Below, in pieces: positions 17,507 to 27,052 of a stretch of 64,000 nucleotides of DNA. Source of the DNA: Nitrospiraceae bacterium (lineage in GTDB: Bacteria > Nitrospirota > Thermodesulfovibrionia > UBA6902); contig QZIL01000043.1 of NCBI GenBank assembly GCA_003599025.1, forward strand, positions 2,630 to 66,629, in the 5' to 3' direction. Under the pieces are notes generated by a model. The model had not been told where the DNA came from, did not search any database, and worked only from the letters and a program-made list of their open reading frames with translations. The position numbers and the translations under genes were made by a program. Each line of letters opens with the position of its first letter. Positions within the stretch are counted from its first letter, which is position 1.

Positions 17507-18655
17507 TTACGTTATCCTGATTTCCTTATCGTCTGTTACGCCGTTTTTACGCATGAAAGTGGGCACATCAAGATAGTCCTCTCCGCCCTCGACCATTATC
17601 TCTTTTGACAGGAGCCGGCCTGAGCCCTTCAGTGTGTTAACGTCCCGCGAGGGTCTCCATTTATCATAAGAGGGCATTACGGCACGCGGTTTTTCCTCAA
17701 ACCCGGTGGCTATAACCGTAACAATAATCCTGTCGTCCATATCAGGGTCGATGACCGAGCCAAAGATGATTTCAGCGTCCTCATCAGCAGCCTCCCTTAC
17801 CAGGCTGGCAGCCTCATTTACCTCATGGAAAGATAAGGAGGAGCCTCCAGTGATGTTTATCAATACGCCTTTAGCACCATCAATGGAGGTCTCCTCCAGC
17901 AGGGGACTCTTTATCGCCATCTTCGCTGCGTTCACGGCCCTGTTTTCACCATCAGCATTGCCAATCCCCATAAGGGCCCTTCCGCTGTCCAGTAATATTG
18001 TCTTTATATCTGCAAAGTCCTGGTTTATCAGTCCGGGTACGAGTATAAGGTCGGATATGCCTTTCACCGCCTGCCTCAGTACATCATTGGCCAGGTTCAG
18101 GGCCTGCAGCCACGGCGTATGCTTTTCGGTAATGTCCAGAAGCCTGTTATTATGGATGATGATTATTGAATCAACATATTTTCTTAATTCCTTGATACCC
18201 TGCTCGGCGTTTCTCGCCCGTTTGTTGCCTTCGAAAAGGAACGGCCGCGTTACAACCGCGGTTGTGAGAATGCCCATCTGTTTTGCGGTCTCGGCAACAA
18301 CCGGGGCAGCCCCGGTCCCTGTTCCACCGCCCATACCTGCGGTTATAAATACCATATCAGCACCACCTATGGCCTGTTCGATCAAAGTCCTGTCATCAAG
18401 CGCTGCCTGTCTGCCAACTTCAGGGTTTGCACCTGCGCCGAGCCCTTTAGTCAATGTATTGCCGATCTGTATGCACTGGTTCGCGAGGGAGGATTCAAGA
18501 GCCTGAGCGTCCGTATTGATTGCAATAAATTCAACACCCGACAGGCTTGACGCAATCATGCTGTTTACCGCGTTGCTGCCCCCTCCACCAACTCCGACAA
18601 TCTTGATTTTTGCGGTTACCCTGTTCTGAATTTCTTCAAGATCAAAAATTCTCAT
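17507..18655 (-). CDS. ftsZ: Cell division GTPase FtsZ
   Basis: 382 aa. Tubulin signature [13 protein letters not shown] is present, with N-terminal [17 protein letters not shown]. It is the last gene of the dcw cluster. Confidence 0.98.
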   Translation of the reverse strand: MRIFDLEEIQNRVTAKIKIVGVGGGGSNAVNSMIASSLSGVEFIAINTDAQALESSLANQCIQIGNTLTKGLGAGANPEVGRQAALDDRTLIEQAIGGADMVFITAGMGGGTGTGAAPVVAETAKQMGILTTAVVTRPFLFEGNKRARNAEQGIKELRKYVDSIIIIHNNRLLDITEKHTPWLQALNLANDVLRQAVKGISDLILVPGLINQDFADIKTILLDSGRALMGIGNADGENRAVNAAKMAIKSPLLEETSIDGAKGVLINITGGSSLSFHEVNEAASLVREAADEDAEIIFGSVIDPDMDDRIIVTVIATGFEEKPRAVMPSYDKWRPSRDVNTLKGSGRLLSKEIMVEGGEDYLDVPTFMRKNGVTDDKEIRIT

Positions 18656-18758
18656 AATATCCTCCCTTTAAATTTTTTTTATTTATGTCAAATTCCCATT
18701 TCTCATTAAACCGATGAATCTGATTAGCGTTTGTCCATAAATGCAAGTTTTCAATTTT

Positions 18759-18861
18759 GTCATGCCCGAAATCTTTAATCGGGCATCCAGTCGTCTTCCC
18801 CGTGAAAACATGGGACCAAAATAAAGAACTGGATTCCCGCTCAAAAAACTGCGGGAATGAC
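18759..18861. repeat. Compound hairpin repeat, GTCATKCC family (copy C) in the ftsA-ftsZ spacer
   Basis: Sequence reads GTCATGCCCGaaatctttaatCGGGCATCC ... GGATTCCCGCtcaaaaaactGCGGGAATGAC. Confidence 0.65.
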
Positions 18862-18894
18862 GGTCCGGTGATCATATCTATGGACACATTCTCA

Positions 18895-20226
18895 TTAACT
18901 GAAAATCTTAAACGCCTCCTCATACCACCCCTTCACCCTTGCCTTCATACCGCCATTATTACCCGGTACTGACATGCTTTCCTCAGCACAATACATCGCC
19001 AGCCCGGCAGCAGCAGCAAAGGAAGGATCATCTTTCATGTCATCCGCGCCTTCGAAACCGGCTGGTCTCCCTAATCTCACAGGAAGCTCGAGGATGTTCT
19101 CAGCCATTGTGGCCATTCCCTCCATGGCAGCAGAGCCTCCAGTAAGAACAACACCTGAATTAATTATCTTCTGAAAGCCACCGGCCCTGATCTCGTCTCT
19201 CAGGAAACCAAATAATTCTTCGGCCCTTGGCTGAAGTATCTCGACCAGATGCCTTCTCGGAATATTTCTGAATAATTTACCGTCAGCAAAACCTACGTCT
19301 ATCTCCTCATCGCCTTTAATGCAGGATATCATTACGCAGCCGTGCTTCTTCTTGATACGCTCTGCTTCCTGGGCAGGGGTCCTCAGGCCTACAGCAACAT
19401 CATTTGTAAAATTGTTTCCGCCTACCGCGAGTACCGCTGCATGACATAAGCTCCCGTCATAATATAACGCCATGTCTGTTGTGCCGCCGCCGATATCAAT
19501 CACGGCAACCCCGAGGTCCTTTTCATCCTGTGTCAGGACCGCTGCTGCTGAGGCCAGGGGCTGAAATACAACACCCGTCACATCCAGTCCCGCCTTCTGA
19601 CAGCTCCTTATCAGGTTCTGGGTGGAAGCTGCAGCACCGGTAATAATTTTCACATTTGTTTCGAGCCTCACACCTGCCATTCCCCTCGGATCAGTTATTC
19701 CGTTCTGACCGTCCACGATAAATCCGGATGGGAGCACATGAAGGATCTCCCTGTCAAAGGGGATCGCTACTGCCTTTGCAGCTTCAATCACATGGGCTAC
19801 TTCCCTGCTGCCTATTTCCTTTTCCTTTACACCTATAACGCCGTGGCTTGACAGACAACCGATATGCACCCCGCTGATACTTATATGCACGGATTTAATG
19901 TCCACCCCTGCTGCACTCTCTGCTGCCTGCACAGCCTCGACAATAGAATCCACTGTGCTCTCAATATTCGTTATTATGCCCTTCTTGATGCCCCTTGAAG
20001 ACGCCTTTCCGACACCGATTATATTTATGCCGCTGCCGGAGCTGTTATGCTTATCGTCCTGAAGGCCGTCTGTTCTCCTGATCTTGTTAAAAAGCCATCT
20101 CTTTTCCTGTCGGTGCACGCAAGGCACTTCAGCGACGACCGCGCAAATCCTGGTTGTCCCTATATCAAGACCGACAACAAGACTCTCTTTTTTCATTGCC
20201 GTTTCTTTCAGAAATCCAAAAACCAT
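18895..20226 (-). CDS. ftsA: Cell division protein FtsA
   Basis: 443-aa actin-fold protein (VVGLDIGTTRICAVV, VIDIGGGTTDMALY). The true start may be the second ATG at 20196 (MKKESL). It carries a ~26-aa insertion relative to E. coli FtsA after the first beta-hairpin. Confidence 0.95.
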   Translation of the reverse strand: MVFGFLKETAMKKESLVVGLDIGTTRICAVVAEVPCVHRQEKRWLFNKIRRTDGLQDDKHNSSGSGINIIGVGKASSRGIKKGIITNIESTVDSIVEAVQAAESAAGVDIKSVHISISGVHIGCLSSHGVIGVKEKEIGSREVAHVIEAAKAVAIPFDREILHVLPSGFIVDGQNGITDPRGMAGVRLETNVKIITGAAASTQNLIRSCQKAGLDVTGVVFQPLASAAAVLTQDEKDLGVAVIDIGGGTTDMALYYDGSLCHAAVLAVGGNNFTNDVAVGLRTPAQEAERIKKKHGCVMISCIKGDEEIDVGFADGKLFRNIPRRHLVEILQPRAEELFGFLRDEIRAGGFQKIINSGVVLTGGSAAMEGMATMAENILELPVRLGRPAGFEGADDMKDDPSFAAAAGLAMYCAEESMSVPGNNGGMKARVKGWYEEAFKIFS

Positions 20227-20227
20227 A

Positions 20228-21025
20228 TCAGGACAGTGCCTTTCCTTTCTCTTTTTTCACTTCCTTCACTTCCTCAAGAGGCTTTACTATCACCGTGTCC
20301 TTGAACCTCAGATCAACATACTGTACAGGCAGCCCTTTTTTTCTGATCTCGGGCTCAAGCTCCACCCATCTCGCAAATTTCTCTGCGTAATCACCGTAAC
20401 CGACCTTAATAAATTCGCCGTCTATATGGACTGTGAGTCCATACGACTCAAGACCGATCACTATGGACTCCCTGTCTGTAAAAGCGCTTTTTCCTGAGAC
20501 AGCCTCAACCAGCTTCAGTGCCTCACCCATCTCTCTTTTGAGTCCGGGGTCTATATTATTTATCACAGGCAGGAAAATGGTGGTCTCTCCTTTAATGCTC
20601 TCGAGCCTTGTCCCTTCTCCATCAACAAGATACAACTGTTCATTAAGGCTCAACAGCGCCTTCGGTACCGCTTCTTCAATCCTGACCTCAAGGGTGTCCG
20701 GATACTGCTTTCTCAAGGCGACCTTTTTTATCCACGGGTTCTGTTTAAGCCGCCCCCTGAGTTCCGGGAAACCTAGGCTGAACAGCGAGTCGCCCCTTTT
20801 CACTTTAAGTGAACCCATCACATCTTCTCTTTCAAGACGTGAGTTGCCGGAAACAATAATGTCCCTGACCCTTAACTGTTCCGTAAACATCTTCATTACA
20901 AGCACACCCCCTGCAGTGACGACAACAAAGAGAAGCACCATTGTCGCCCTCTTAAAAAACTGGAGGGCCTTCTCCCCGCGTCTTGAGGCTGCCTTGTTCT
21001 TTTTATTCTTTTTCTTTGACCGCAA
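20228..21025 (-). CDS. ftsQ: Cell division protein FtsQ
   Basis: 265 aa with a basic N-terminus, a single TM segment and POTRA-like region ([14 protein letters not shown]). Its position is between ddl and ftsA. Confidence 0.85.
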   Translation of the reverse strand: MRSKKKNKKNKAASRRGEKALQFFKRATMVLLFVVVTAGGVLVMKMFTEQLRVRDIIVSGNSRLEREDVMGSLKVKRGDSLFSLGFPELRGRLKQNPWIKKVALRKQYPDTLEVRIEEAVPKALLSLNEQLYLVDGEGTRLESIKGETTIFLPVINNIDPGLKREMGEALKLVEAVSGKSAFTDRESIVIGLESYGLTVHIDGEFIKVGYGDYAEKFARWVELEPEIRKKGLPVQYVDLRFKDTVIVKPLEEVKEVKKEKGKALS

Positions 21026-21980
21026 GCCTCAGAATCTCCTCTACAAGTTGTTTAAAGTCCATCCCGGCTGAGCCGGCAATCTTTGGAAGCAGACTCGTTG
21101 TAGTCATGCCCGGCAGTGTATTGACTTCGAGTACATAAGGGGTATGAGTGCCTTCCTCAACTATGAAATCCACTCGCGCCGCCCCGGAGCATCCAAGCGC
21201 CTGAAAAGTTTTAAGCGCCATGCCTTTTGTATTTTCGTAAACCGTTTCATCAATTTGAGGCGGTATTATATACTCGGTAAGCCCTGACGTATATTTCGCC
21301 TCATAATTATAAAACTCCAGAGAAGGTCTCACCTCTACTCCTCCAAGGACCCTGTCTCCGAGCACTGCAATATGAATTTCACTGCCCTTTATAAACTTCT
21401 CAATGAGAACTCTCGGACCGAATGAAAAGGCCATGTCCACAGCTTCCTTCAGGTCGCCTTCTTCTTTTACAATGCTCACCCCGATGCTCGAACCCTCAGT
21501 AGACGGCTTGACTACCCAGGGCAGCGGGAATTCAGGGGGCGGATGCCCGGCAGTACCCCCCCGTCGCCCCCCCTTACCAAGGGGGGGATGGGGGGGTGAT
21601 GATTTTTTGCTGACAACCATAAATGGCGCCACACTCAATCCGTGATGCAAAAAGATTTTTTTTGAGGCCTCCTTGTCCATGGCAAGGGCCGATGCCAGAA
21701 CACCCGAGCCTGTATATGGGACACCAATCACATCAAGCAGCCCCTGTATGGCCCCGTTTTCTCCTGTGCCGCCGTGCAGTGCAAGAAAAGCGATCTTCAC
21801 CTTCTCTTTCCTTATGACATCCACAATATCTTTGCCCGCATCTACAAGTACTGCGTTATATCCAAGTTCCTGCAGTGCCTGATATACGGCAAGTCCGCTC
21901 CTTATGGAAATCTCCCTCTCAGCAGAGAGCCCTCCCATTAACACACCGATCCGTTTTTTTGTCGCCAATCCTTTAGTCAT
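21003..21980 (-). CDS. ddl: D-alanine--D-alanine ligase
   Basis: 325 aa. Motifs are [48 protein letters not shown] and [10 protein letters not shown]. It contains a repeat-derived segment [23 protein letters not shown]. Confidence 0.96.
   Translation of the reverse strand: MTKGLATKKRIGVLMGGLSAEREISIRSGLAVYQALQELGYNAVLVDAGKDIVDVIRKEKVKIAFLALHGGTGENGAIQGLLDVIGVPYTGSGVLASALAMDKEASKKIFLHHGLSVAPFMVVSKKSSPPHPPLGKGGRRGGTAGHPPPEFPLPWVVKPSTEGSSIGVSIVKEEGDLKEAVDMAFSFGPRVLIEKFIKGSEIHIAVLGDRVLGGVEVRPSLEFYNYEAKYTSGLTEYIIPPQIDETVYENTKGMALKTFQALGCSGAARVDFIVEEGTHTPYVLEVNTLPGMTTTSLLPKIAGSAGMDFKQLVEEILRLAVKEKE
21535..21598 (-). repeat. G/C-run palindromic element inside the ddl coding frame
   Basis: The + strand reads ...CCCCCCCGTCGCCCCCCCTTACCAAGGGGGGGATGGGGGGG. 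The core hairpin is CCCCCCCTT-ACC-AAGGGGGGG. It is near-identical to the element at 23344-23385 and related to the one at 24681-24715. Boundaries are approximate. Confidence 0.75.
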
Positions 21981-22995
21981 GTAGTCTCTCCAATTCCTGG
22001 CCCCTCGTGCCTGTCCTGATGAGCTTCACCTCCGGTTGAAGGACGATCCCGCTATGTTCCCTTACCATTTCCTTCACTTCTTCCATAAGCTCAACAAAGT
22101 CCCTGCAGGTCGCACCGCCTTTATTAATAAAATAATTTGCATGCAGACTGCTTACCTCTACCCCGCCTTTCTTCATTCCCTTGCAGCCTGCTGCCTCTAT
22201 TAACCTGCCTGCTGCTTCGCCTACAGGGTTTTTAAATACACACCCCGCAGACATTTCCCCGAGAGGCTGGGAGGCTTTTTTCCTGCCTGAATATTCCTTT
22301 ATACGCCGTTCCACTTCAGCAGGGTCGTCTTTTCTGAGAATGATATTGGCGCTGAGTATAACAGAGCCCTCAGGCAGACCGGAACTCCTGTATGAAAATC
22401 CCAGATTGTCCTTATCAAGAATTGCGATCCCGCCATGCGGGTCCATGATCGACACGGAGATTATTACATCGCTGATTTCAACACCGAACGACCCGGCATT
22501 CATATAAATGGCCCCGCCGACATAACCGGGTATCCCTGCAAGGGCCTCTATTCCCGAATAACCATATTTTCTTGCATAATTGACCAGCATCGGAAGAGGG
22601 ACCCCCGAGCCTGCAAACAGTACAACATTATTCTCATCTGAATCCTGTGTCAATTCTATGCTCCTGAAAGCCTTAAGGGACACGGCTATTCCTTCTATCC
22701 TCCCGTCCGGAGCGATCAGGTTCGTACCTGCGCCAATAACAAATAAGGGGATATTTTCTTTCTCAGCAACAAGCAGCACATTCTTCAGTGAAAGCGGGTC
22801 TTCAGGAAAGACCATGATATCAACAGGCCCGCCTATTCCAAGTGACGTATGCGACGACAAAGGCTCATTAAACTTCATCACGCCTTTAAATAATCCTCTT
22901 TCAATTATTTCTTTTAATTGCGTGTCATCCATATCTGAACCCGGTAATCCGACAGGACAAAACATGGAACGGGGATGTCCCTGCCCATATATCAT
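21973..22995 (-). CDS. murB: UDP-N-acetylenolpyruvoylglucosamine reductase
   Basis: 340 aa. Motifs are [24 protein letters not shown] and SAGCVFKNP. The start overlaps the murC stop (ATGA). An alternative start is MDDTQ, 21 codons downstream. Confidence 0.95.
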   Translation of the reverse strand: MIYGQGHPRSMFCPVGLPGSDMDDTQLKEIIERGLFKGVMKFNEPLSSHTSLGIGGPVDIMVFPEDPLSLKNVLLVAEKENIPLFVIGAGTNLIAPDGRIEGIAVSLKAFRSIELTQDSDENNVVLFAGSGVPLPMLVNYARKYGYSGIEALAGIPGYVGGAIYMNAGSFGVEISDVIISVSIMDPHGGIAILDKDNLGFSYRSSGLPEGSVILSANIILRKDDPAEVERRIKEYSGRKKASQPLGEMSAGCVFKNPVGEAAGRLIEAAGCKGMKKGGVEVSSLHANYFINKGGATCRDFVELMEEVKEMVREHSGIVLQPEVKLIRTGTRGQELERLHD

Positions 22996-24461
22996 CCTTG
23001 TACCTTATGTCCTTTGCCTTTATTTTCCAGAAATTCCTCACCTAACTTCCATACATCGCCGGCCCCGAGGGTCAGCAGTGTATCTGCTTCTTTTAAATCA
23101 GAGTCAAGATAATCCAGTATCGCTCCCCTGTCAGCGATATAATCGATGTCCTTGCCCGTGTCCTTTATCCCTTTGCACAGGAGCTCTGAATGGACCCCGG
23201 GCAGCGGCTTTTCACCGGCAGGATATATATCCATCAAAATCACCTTGTCTGCTTCTGTGAACGCATCAATAAATTCATTAAGCAGGTCTCTTGTCCTTGT
23301 ATATCTGTGGGGCTGAAACAGGACAACAAGCCTGCCTCCGATACCCCCCCGTTGCCCTCCCTTACTAAGGGGGGAATGGGGGGCTGACTCTGTGTTCTGT
23401 GTTCTTTGTTCTGTGTTCTGTATTATTGCCTCCTTGGCCGCCTTCAGTGTTGCCATGATCTCGGCAGGATGGTGTCCGTAATCATCAACTACATTTATTC
23501 CGTCAGCAGTCCCTTTCAATTCAAAGCGTCTCTGGACCCCGCTGAATTTACCGAGTGCCCCTCTTATGATGTCCATGCTGACCTTAAGTTCATTGGCGAC
23601 CGCGATTGCAGCAAGGCAGTTGCTGACATTGTGCCTGCCTATAAGAGGCACCTTAAAAGACCCTAATGACCTGCCGTTAAGGACAGCTTCAAATATTGAG
23701 CTCAGCCCTTCTGTCCTTATGCCCCTTGCTGTAAGGTCCATGCCATCACCCAGTCCGTAAGTAATAAACCTGCGCTGTATCTTCGGCATCAGCTCTTTAA
23801 TATGTTCGTTATCACCGCACAGGATCGACAGGCCGTAAAAGGGCACTTTATTGACAAATGAGAGAAAGGCAGCTTTTATTTCTTCAATGCTCTTAAAATA
23901 ATCCATATGTTCCCTGTCGATATTCGTCACGACCGCAATCGTCGGTGAGAGTTTCAGAAAAGAACCGTCGCTCTCATCCGCTTCAGCCACAAGGAACTCT
24001 CCCCAGCCGAGCTTTGCATTGCTTCCTATGCCTTTAAGTTTGCCCCCTACAACAACAGTGGGGTCGAGCTTGCCTTCACCGAGCAGACTCGCCACTAGTG
24101 ACGTCGTGGTAGTTTTCCCGTGTGCCCCGGCAACAAGCACACCATATTTGAGCCTTGCCAGTTCAGCGAGCATCTCGGCCCTGGGTATCACAGGGATCTT
24201 CAGTTTTCTTGCAGCTTCCACTTCAGGATTGCTCGAGTTGACAGCAGAAGATATAACGACCACATCGGCCTTCTTCACGTTTTCCTCCCTGTGGCCGATG
24301 TTTATGCTGATCCCCATTGCAGCAAGCCTTTTTGTTGTTTCAGACCCCTTCAGATCAGAGCCCTCAACTTCATACCCGAGATTATGCAGGACCTCGGCAA
24401 TACCGCTCATGCCAACGCCGCCTATACCTACAAAATGCACTTTTTCAAACCTTTTATACAT
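22992..24461 (-). CDS. murC: UDP-N-acetylmuramate--L-alanine ligase
   Basis: Motifs are VHFVGIGGVGMSGIAEVL, GAHGKTTTTSL and DDYGHHPAE. I chose the ATG at 24461 because GGAACGGAG precedes it; the ORF track starts at a GTG at 24488. It contains the repeat-derived segment IQNTEQRTQNTESAPHSPLSKGGQRGGIG. Confidence 0.95.
   Translation of the reverse strand: MYKRFEKVHFVGIGGVGMSGIAEVLHNLGYEVEGSDLKGSETTKRLAAMGISINIGHREENVKKADVVVISSAVNSSNPEVEAARKLKIPVIPRAEMLAELARLKYGVLVAGAHGKTTTTSLVASLLGEGKLDPTVVVGGKLKGIGSNAKLGWGEFLVAEADESDGSFLKLSPTIAVVTNIDREHMDYFKSIEEIKAAFLSFVNKVPFYGLSILCGDNEHIKELMPKIQRRFITYGLGDGMDLTARGIRTEGLSSIFEAVLNGRSLGSFKVPLIGRHNVSNCLAAIAVANELKVSMDIIRGALGKFSGVQRRFELKGTADGINVVDDYGHHPAEIMATLKAAKEAIIQNTEQRTQNTESAPHSPLSKGGQRGGIGGRLVVLFQPHRYTRTRDLLNEFIDAFTEADKVILMDIYPAGEKPLPGVHSELLCKGIKDTGKDIDYIADRGAILDYLDSDLKEADTLLTLGAGDVWKLGEEFLENKGKGHKVQG
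23344..23421 (-). repeat. Composite repeat inside the murC coding frame: G/C-run palindrome plus a 7-mer array
   Basis: CCCCCCCGTTGCCCTCCCTTACTAAGGGGGGAATGGGGGG is followed by TGTGTTC TGTGTTC TTTGTTC TGTGTTC. The total is about 78 nt, or 26 codons. The same 7-mer family occurs at 31163-31203. Confidence 0.75.
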
Positions 24462-24680
24462 AGCGAACTCCGTTCCAATGGAAGTCACAGAGAAACAAAA
24501 AGGAAGTCTGAGGAGGAATTTCTATACGACACCTTTTAAAAAAACCTTTGCAGCATAATAAAACTTCTCTTAATGAAGATGCCGAAGCGTCCTGAAGAAA
24601 AACTGTAAAATGGTTTTCGTCGATTATAGAAATTCCGGAGCAGGCTTCCCTTTGCGCATGTAAAGATGTCAATTGATAAA

Positions 24681-24715
24681 AATCCCCCTTAATCCCCCTT
24701 TTCCAAAGGGGGATA
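24681..24715 (+). repeat. G/C-run palindromic element in the murG-murC spacer
   Basis: Sequence is ATCCCCCTTAATCCCCCTTTTCCAAAGGGGGAT. This is the same architecture as the intragenic copies in ddl and murC, in the opposite orientation. Confidence 0.7.
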
Positions 24716-24734
24716 CCTGAGCAATTACAATAAT

Positions 24735-25886
24735 TCAGATTCTTGAGCATAATAATTTATATTTCTCCAGTCCTTTTTTTTTTAACAGTCCGAGCATCAG
24801 TTCTACAACTTTCTTCGCCGCATCACTGCTTCCGAGGCTCTTGCTTATGCGCTCCATTTCTCCGATGGCCTCAGGTTCCTCCAGCAGGTGCCTGATCAGG
24901 TCAGCAAGCGTTTTACCGTTAAGGTCTCTCTCCAGTATCATCTGCGCTGCGCCGATGTCCCAGAGTTTCCTTGCATTGATCTCCTGATGATTTGCGGCAG
25001 CATAAGGATACGGAATAAGAATCGCGGCCTTGCCGCATGCCGTCAGCTCCGCAAGGGTGGTAGCCCCTGCCCGCGAAATAATGAGGTCAGCCACAGCATA
25101 CGCATCAGCCATTTCATACGCAAAGGGGATGACAGTACCCCTGAATTCCCTTGAACGGTATACCTCTTTTACCGAATCACATTCCCTCTCCCCTGTCTGA
25201 TGCAGGAACTGAATATTTTCTTTAAGCGGTCCAAGATATGTCAGGGCCTCGGCAACCGCTTTATTAATACTGCTTGCCCCTAAACTCCCGCCAAATACAA
25301 ATATGGTGAAACGGTCCCTGTCCAGACTGAAATTCTCACAGCCCCTGTCCCTGTTTCCAGTCAGTATCTCCGCTCTGATGGGATTGCCCGTGATATAGGT
25401 TTTGTATTCGGGGAAATACTTTACACTTTCATGGTATGTAACTGCAACGGTATCAACGAATCCCCCGAGAATCTTGTTCGCAAACCCCGGGATCGTGTTC
25501 TGTTCATGGATGATTGTAGGGATACCCATCATCTTTGCGCACAGGACCACAGGGCCTGAGCTGTAGCCGCCGACACCCAGAACCAGATCAGGCTTGATGT
25601 CCTTCAGTATGTCACGTGAATCCTTCAGTGATACCGGGACTTTCATAAGCGATTTCAAAGTCTTGAACATCCCCTTCCCCACAAGACCTTCTGACCGTAT
25701 AAATCTGATGTCATACCCTTCTTTGGGGATGACCCTCGCCTCCAGCCCCCTGACAGTACCAACAAAAGTGATCCTCGCATCAGCACGCACTTTATTTATT
25801 TCCTTGGCGAGCGCCAATGCCGGAAAAAGATGTCCACCTGTCCCGCCTCCTGCAATAATTATTTTCATCTCTGTCTGTGACTCCAT
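24735..25886 (-). CDS. murG: UDP-N-acetylglucosamine--N-acetylmuramyl-(pentapeptide) pyrophosphoryl-undecaprenol GlcNAc transferase
   Basis: 383 aa. Motifs are IIIAGGGTGGHLFPALA and ISRAGATTLAEL. An alternative start, MKIII at 25868, would overlap the ftsW stop (ATGA). Confidence 0.95.
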   Translation of the reverse strand: MESQTEMKIIIAGGGTGGHLFPALALAKEINKVRADARITFVGTVRGLEARVIPKEGYDIRFIRSEGLVGKGMFKTLKSLMKVPVSLKDSRDILKDIKPDLVLGVGGYSSGPVVLCAKMMGIPTIIHEQNTIPGFANKILGGFVDTVAVTYHESVKYFPEYKTYITGNPIRAEILTGNRDRGCENFSLDRDRFTIFVFGGSLGASSINKAVAEALTYLGPLKENIQFLHQTGERECDSVKEVYRSREFRGTVIPFAYEMADAYAVADLIISRAGATTLAELTACGKAAILIPYPYAAANHQEINARKLWDIGAAQMILERDLNGKTLADLIRHLLEEPEAIGEMERISKSLGSSDAAKKVVELMLGLLKKKGLEKYKLLCSRI

Positions 25887-27052
25887 GAATGCGACCTTCC
25901 TGCCCTCTGGAGGGCGCCTCTGCCTGCTCCTTTAAAGTACATGACAGGCGACTTTACCGGAGCATCGTCTCCATTTCTGGCAATATTCATAAGTATCCCT
26001 GCGGCAGCCATATTGATCAGCAGAGCTGATCCCCCGTAACTGATAAAAGGAAGCGGCAGCCCCTTTGTGGGCATCAGTCCCGTTGATACAGCAATATTTA
26101 TTATCGCCTGTACCCCGATAAGCATTGTCAGTCCCAGAGTCAGAAAGTAGCTGAAAGGGTCACCGGCCCTTACCGAAACCTGGAACCCTTTAACAAAGAG
26201 CCAGATAAAAACAGCTATAACAAACATGGCCCCGATCAGGCCGAGTTCCTCACCGATCAGTGAGAAAATAAAGTCAGTGTGTGCCTCAGGAAGGAAATAA
26301 AGTTTCTGCTTGCTGCCTCCCAGGCCGAGTCCCCATAAACTTCCATTGCCAAAGGCGATAAAGGACTGGATAAGCTGAAATCCGCAGCCCTGGGCGTCCT
26401 TCCATGGATCGAGGAAACAGAGCAGCCTTTTAGAACGGTATGAAGATGTCATGATAAGCAGGTAGACAGCAGGCAGCGCAAGAAGCGCCAGTGAGCCTAT
26501 GTGGCTTAGCCTGGCCCCCCCGAGTATGAGAAGTCCGAATGTTAGTATGCCGAGGCTCATTACCGCCCCGAAATCAGGCTGGCGGATAATAATGACCTGA
26601 AATAAAAGCATGACACCGAGAGGGATCGCTATACCGTAACGAAAATCCCTCATGCGCTCGATGTTCCTGTCCATATAGTCAGCCAGAAAAATCACCATGA
26701 CCACCTTGACGAGCTCTGACGGCTGAAATGTGGTCGGCCACAGCCTCAGCCATCTCCGCGCGCCGTTGGCCGAAATACCGATACCCGGCATAAATACCAG
26801 AAGCAGCAATACAACAGACACGCCCAAAAGAACATAGACAAGGGACCTGTATTTACGGTAGTCCGTTCTTGCAAGCATCAACATAACAGCAGTCCCTATG
26901 CCAACTGTAAAGAGATGCTTCAAAAGAAAATTAAACCCGCTGCCATGTTCACGCATCGACATGAGGGCTGTTGAGCTGTATACCATAACAGTCCCTATCC
27001 CGACAAGCAGCAGGACTGATATTAATATGCTCCGGCTATGGCTGGTATTCAT
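25865..27052 (-). CDS. ftsW: Peptidoglycan glycosyltransferase FtsW (SEDS family)
   Basis: 395-aa polytopic membrane protein. Motifs are QPSELVK, LPEAHTDFIFS and LPFISYGGSAL. Its position is between murD and murG. Confidence 0.93.
   Translation of the reverse strand: MNTSHSRSILISVLLLVGIGTVMVYSSTALMSMREHGSGFNFLLKHLFTVGIGTAVMLMLARTDYRKYRSLVYVLLGVSVVLLLLVFMPGIGISANGARRWLRLWPTTFQPSELVKVVMVIFLADYMDRNIERMRDFRYGIAIPLGVMLLFQVIIIRQPDFGAVMSLGILTFGLLILGGARLSHIGSLALLALPAVYLLIMTSSYRSKRLLCFLDPWKDAQGCGFQLIQSFIAFGNGSLWGLGLGGSKQKLYFLPEAHTDFIFSLIGEELGLIGAMFVIAVFIWLFVKGFQVSVRAGDPFSYFLTLGLTMLIGVQAIINIAVSTGLMPTKGLPLPFISYGGSALLINMAAAGILMNIARNGDDAPVKSPVMYFKGAGRGALQRAGRSHSWSHRQR

Noticed and set aside
17706-18506. 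266-aa ORF on the + strand
   Set aside because: It lies entirely antisense to ftsZ, whose identity is unambiguous. Its composition is low-complexity and Ser/Ala/Pro-rich, typical of a shadow frame.
20433-21071. 212-aa + strand ORF. Similar long antisense ORFs lie at 22580-23260, 24019-24558, 27038-27613, 29845-30486 and 35441-36133.
   Set aside because: All lie antisense to well-supported dcw genes (ftsQ, murB/murC, murC, murD, murF, rsmH). They are Ser/Pro/Thr-rich shadow frames with no recognisable motifs.
23391-23421. Short tandem arrays here and at 28154, 31163, 56551 and 60915, considered as possible CRISPR arrays
   Set aside because: The period is only 7-8 nt, there are no 25-40-nt repeats separated by unique spacers, and the window has no cas genes.
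24454-24750. 98-aa ORF filling the murG-murC spacer
   Set aside because: Its sequence includes IPLWKRGIKGDF, which is simply the translation of the G/C-run palindromic repeat. It has no RBS and no recognisable fold, so it is most likely spurious.
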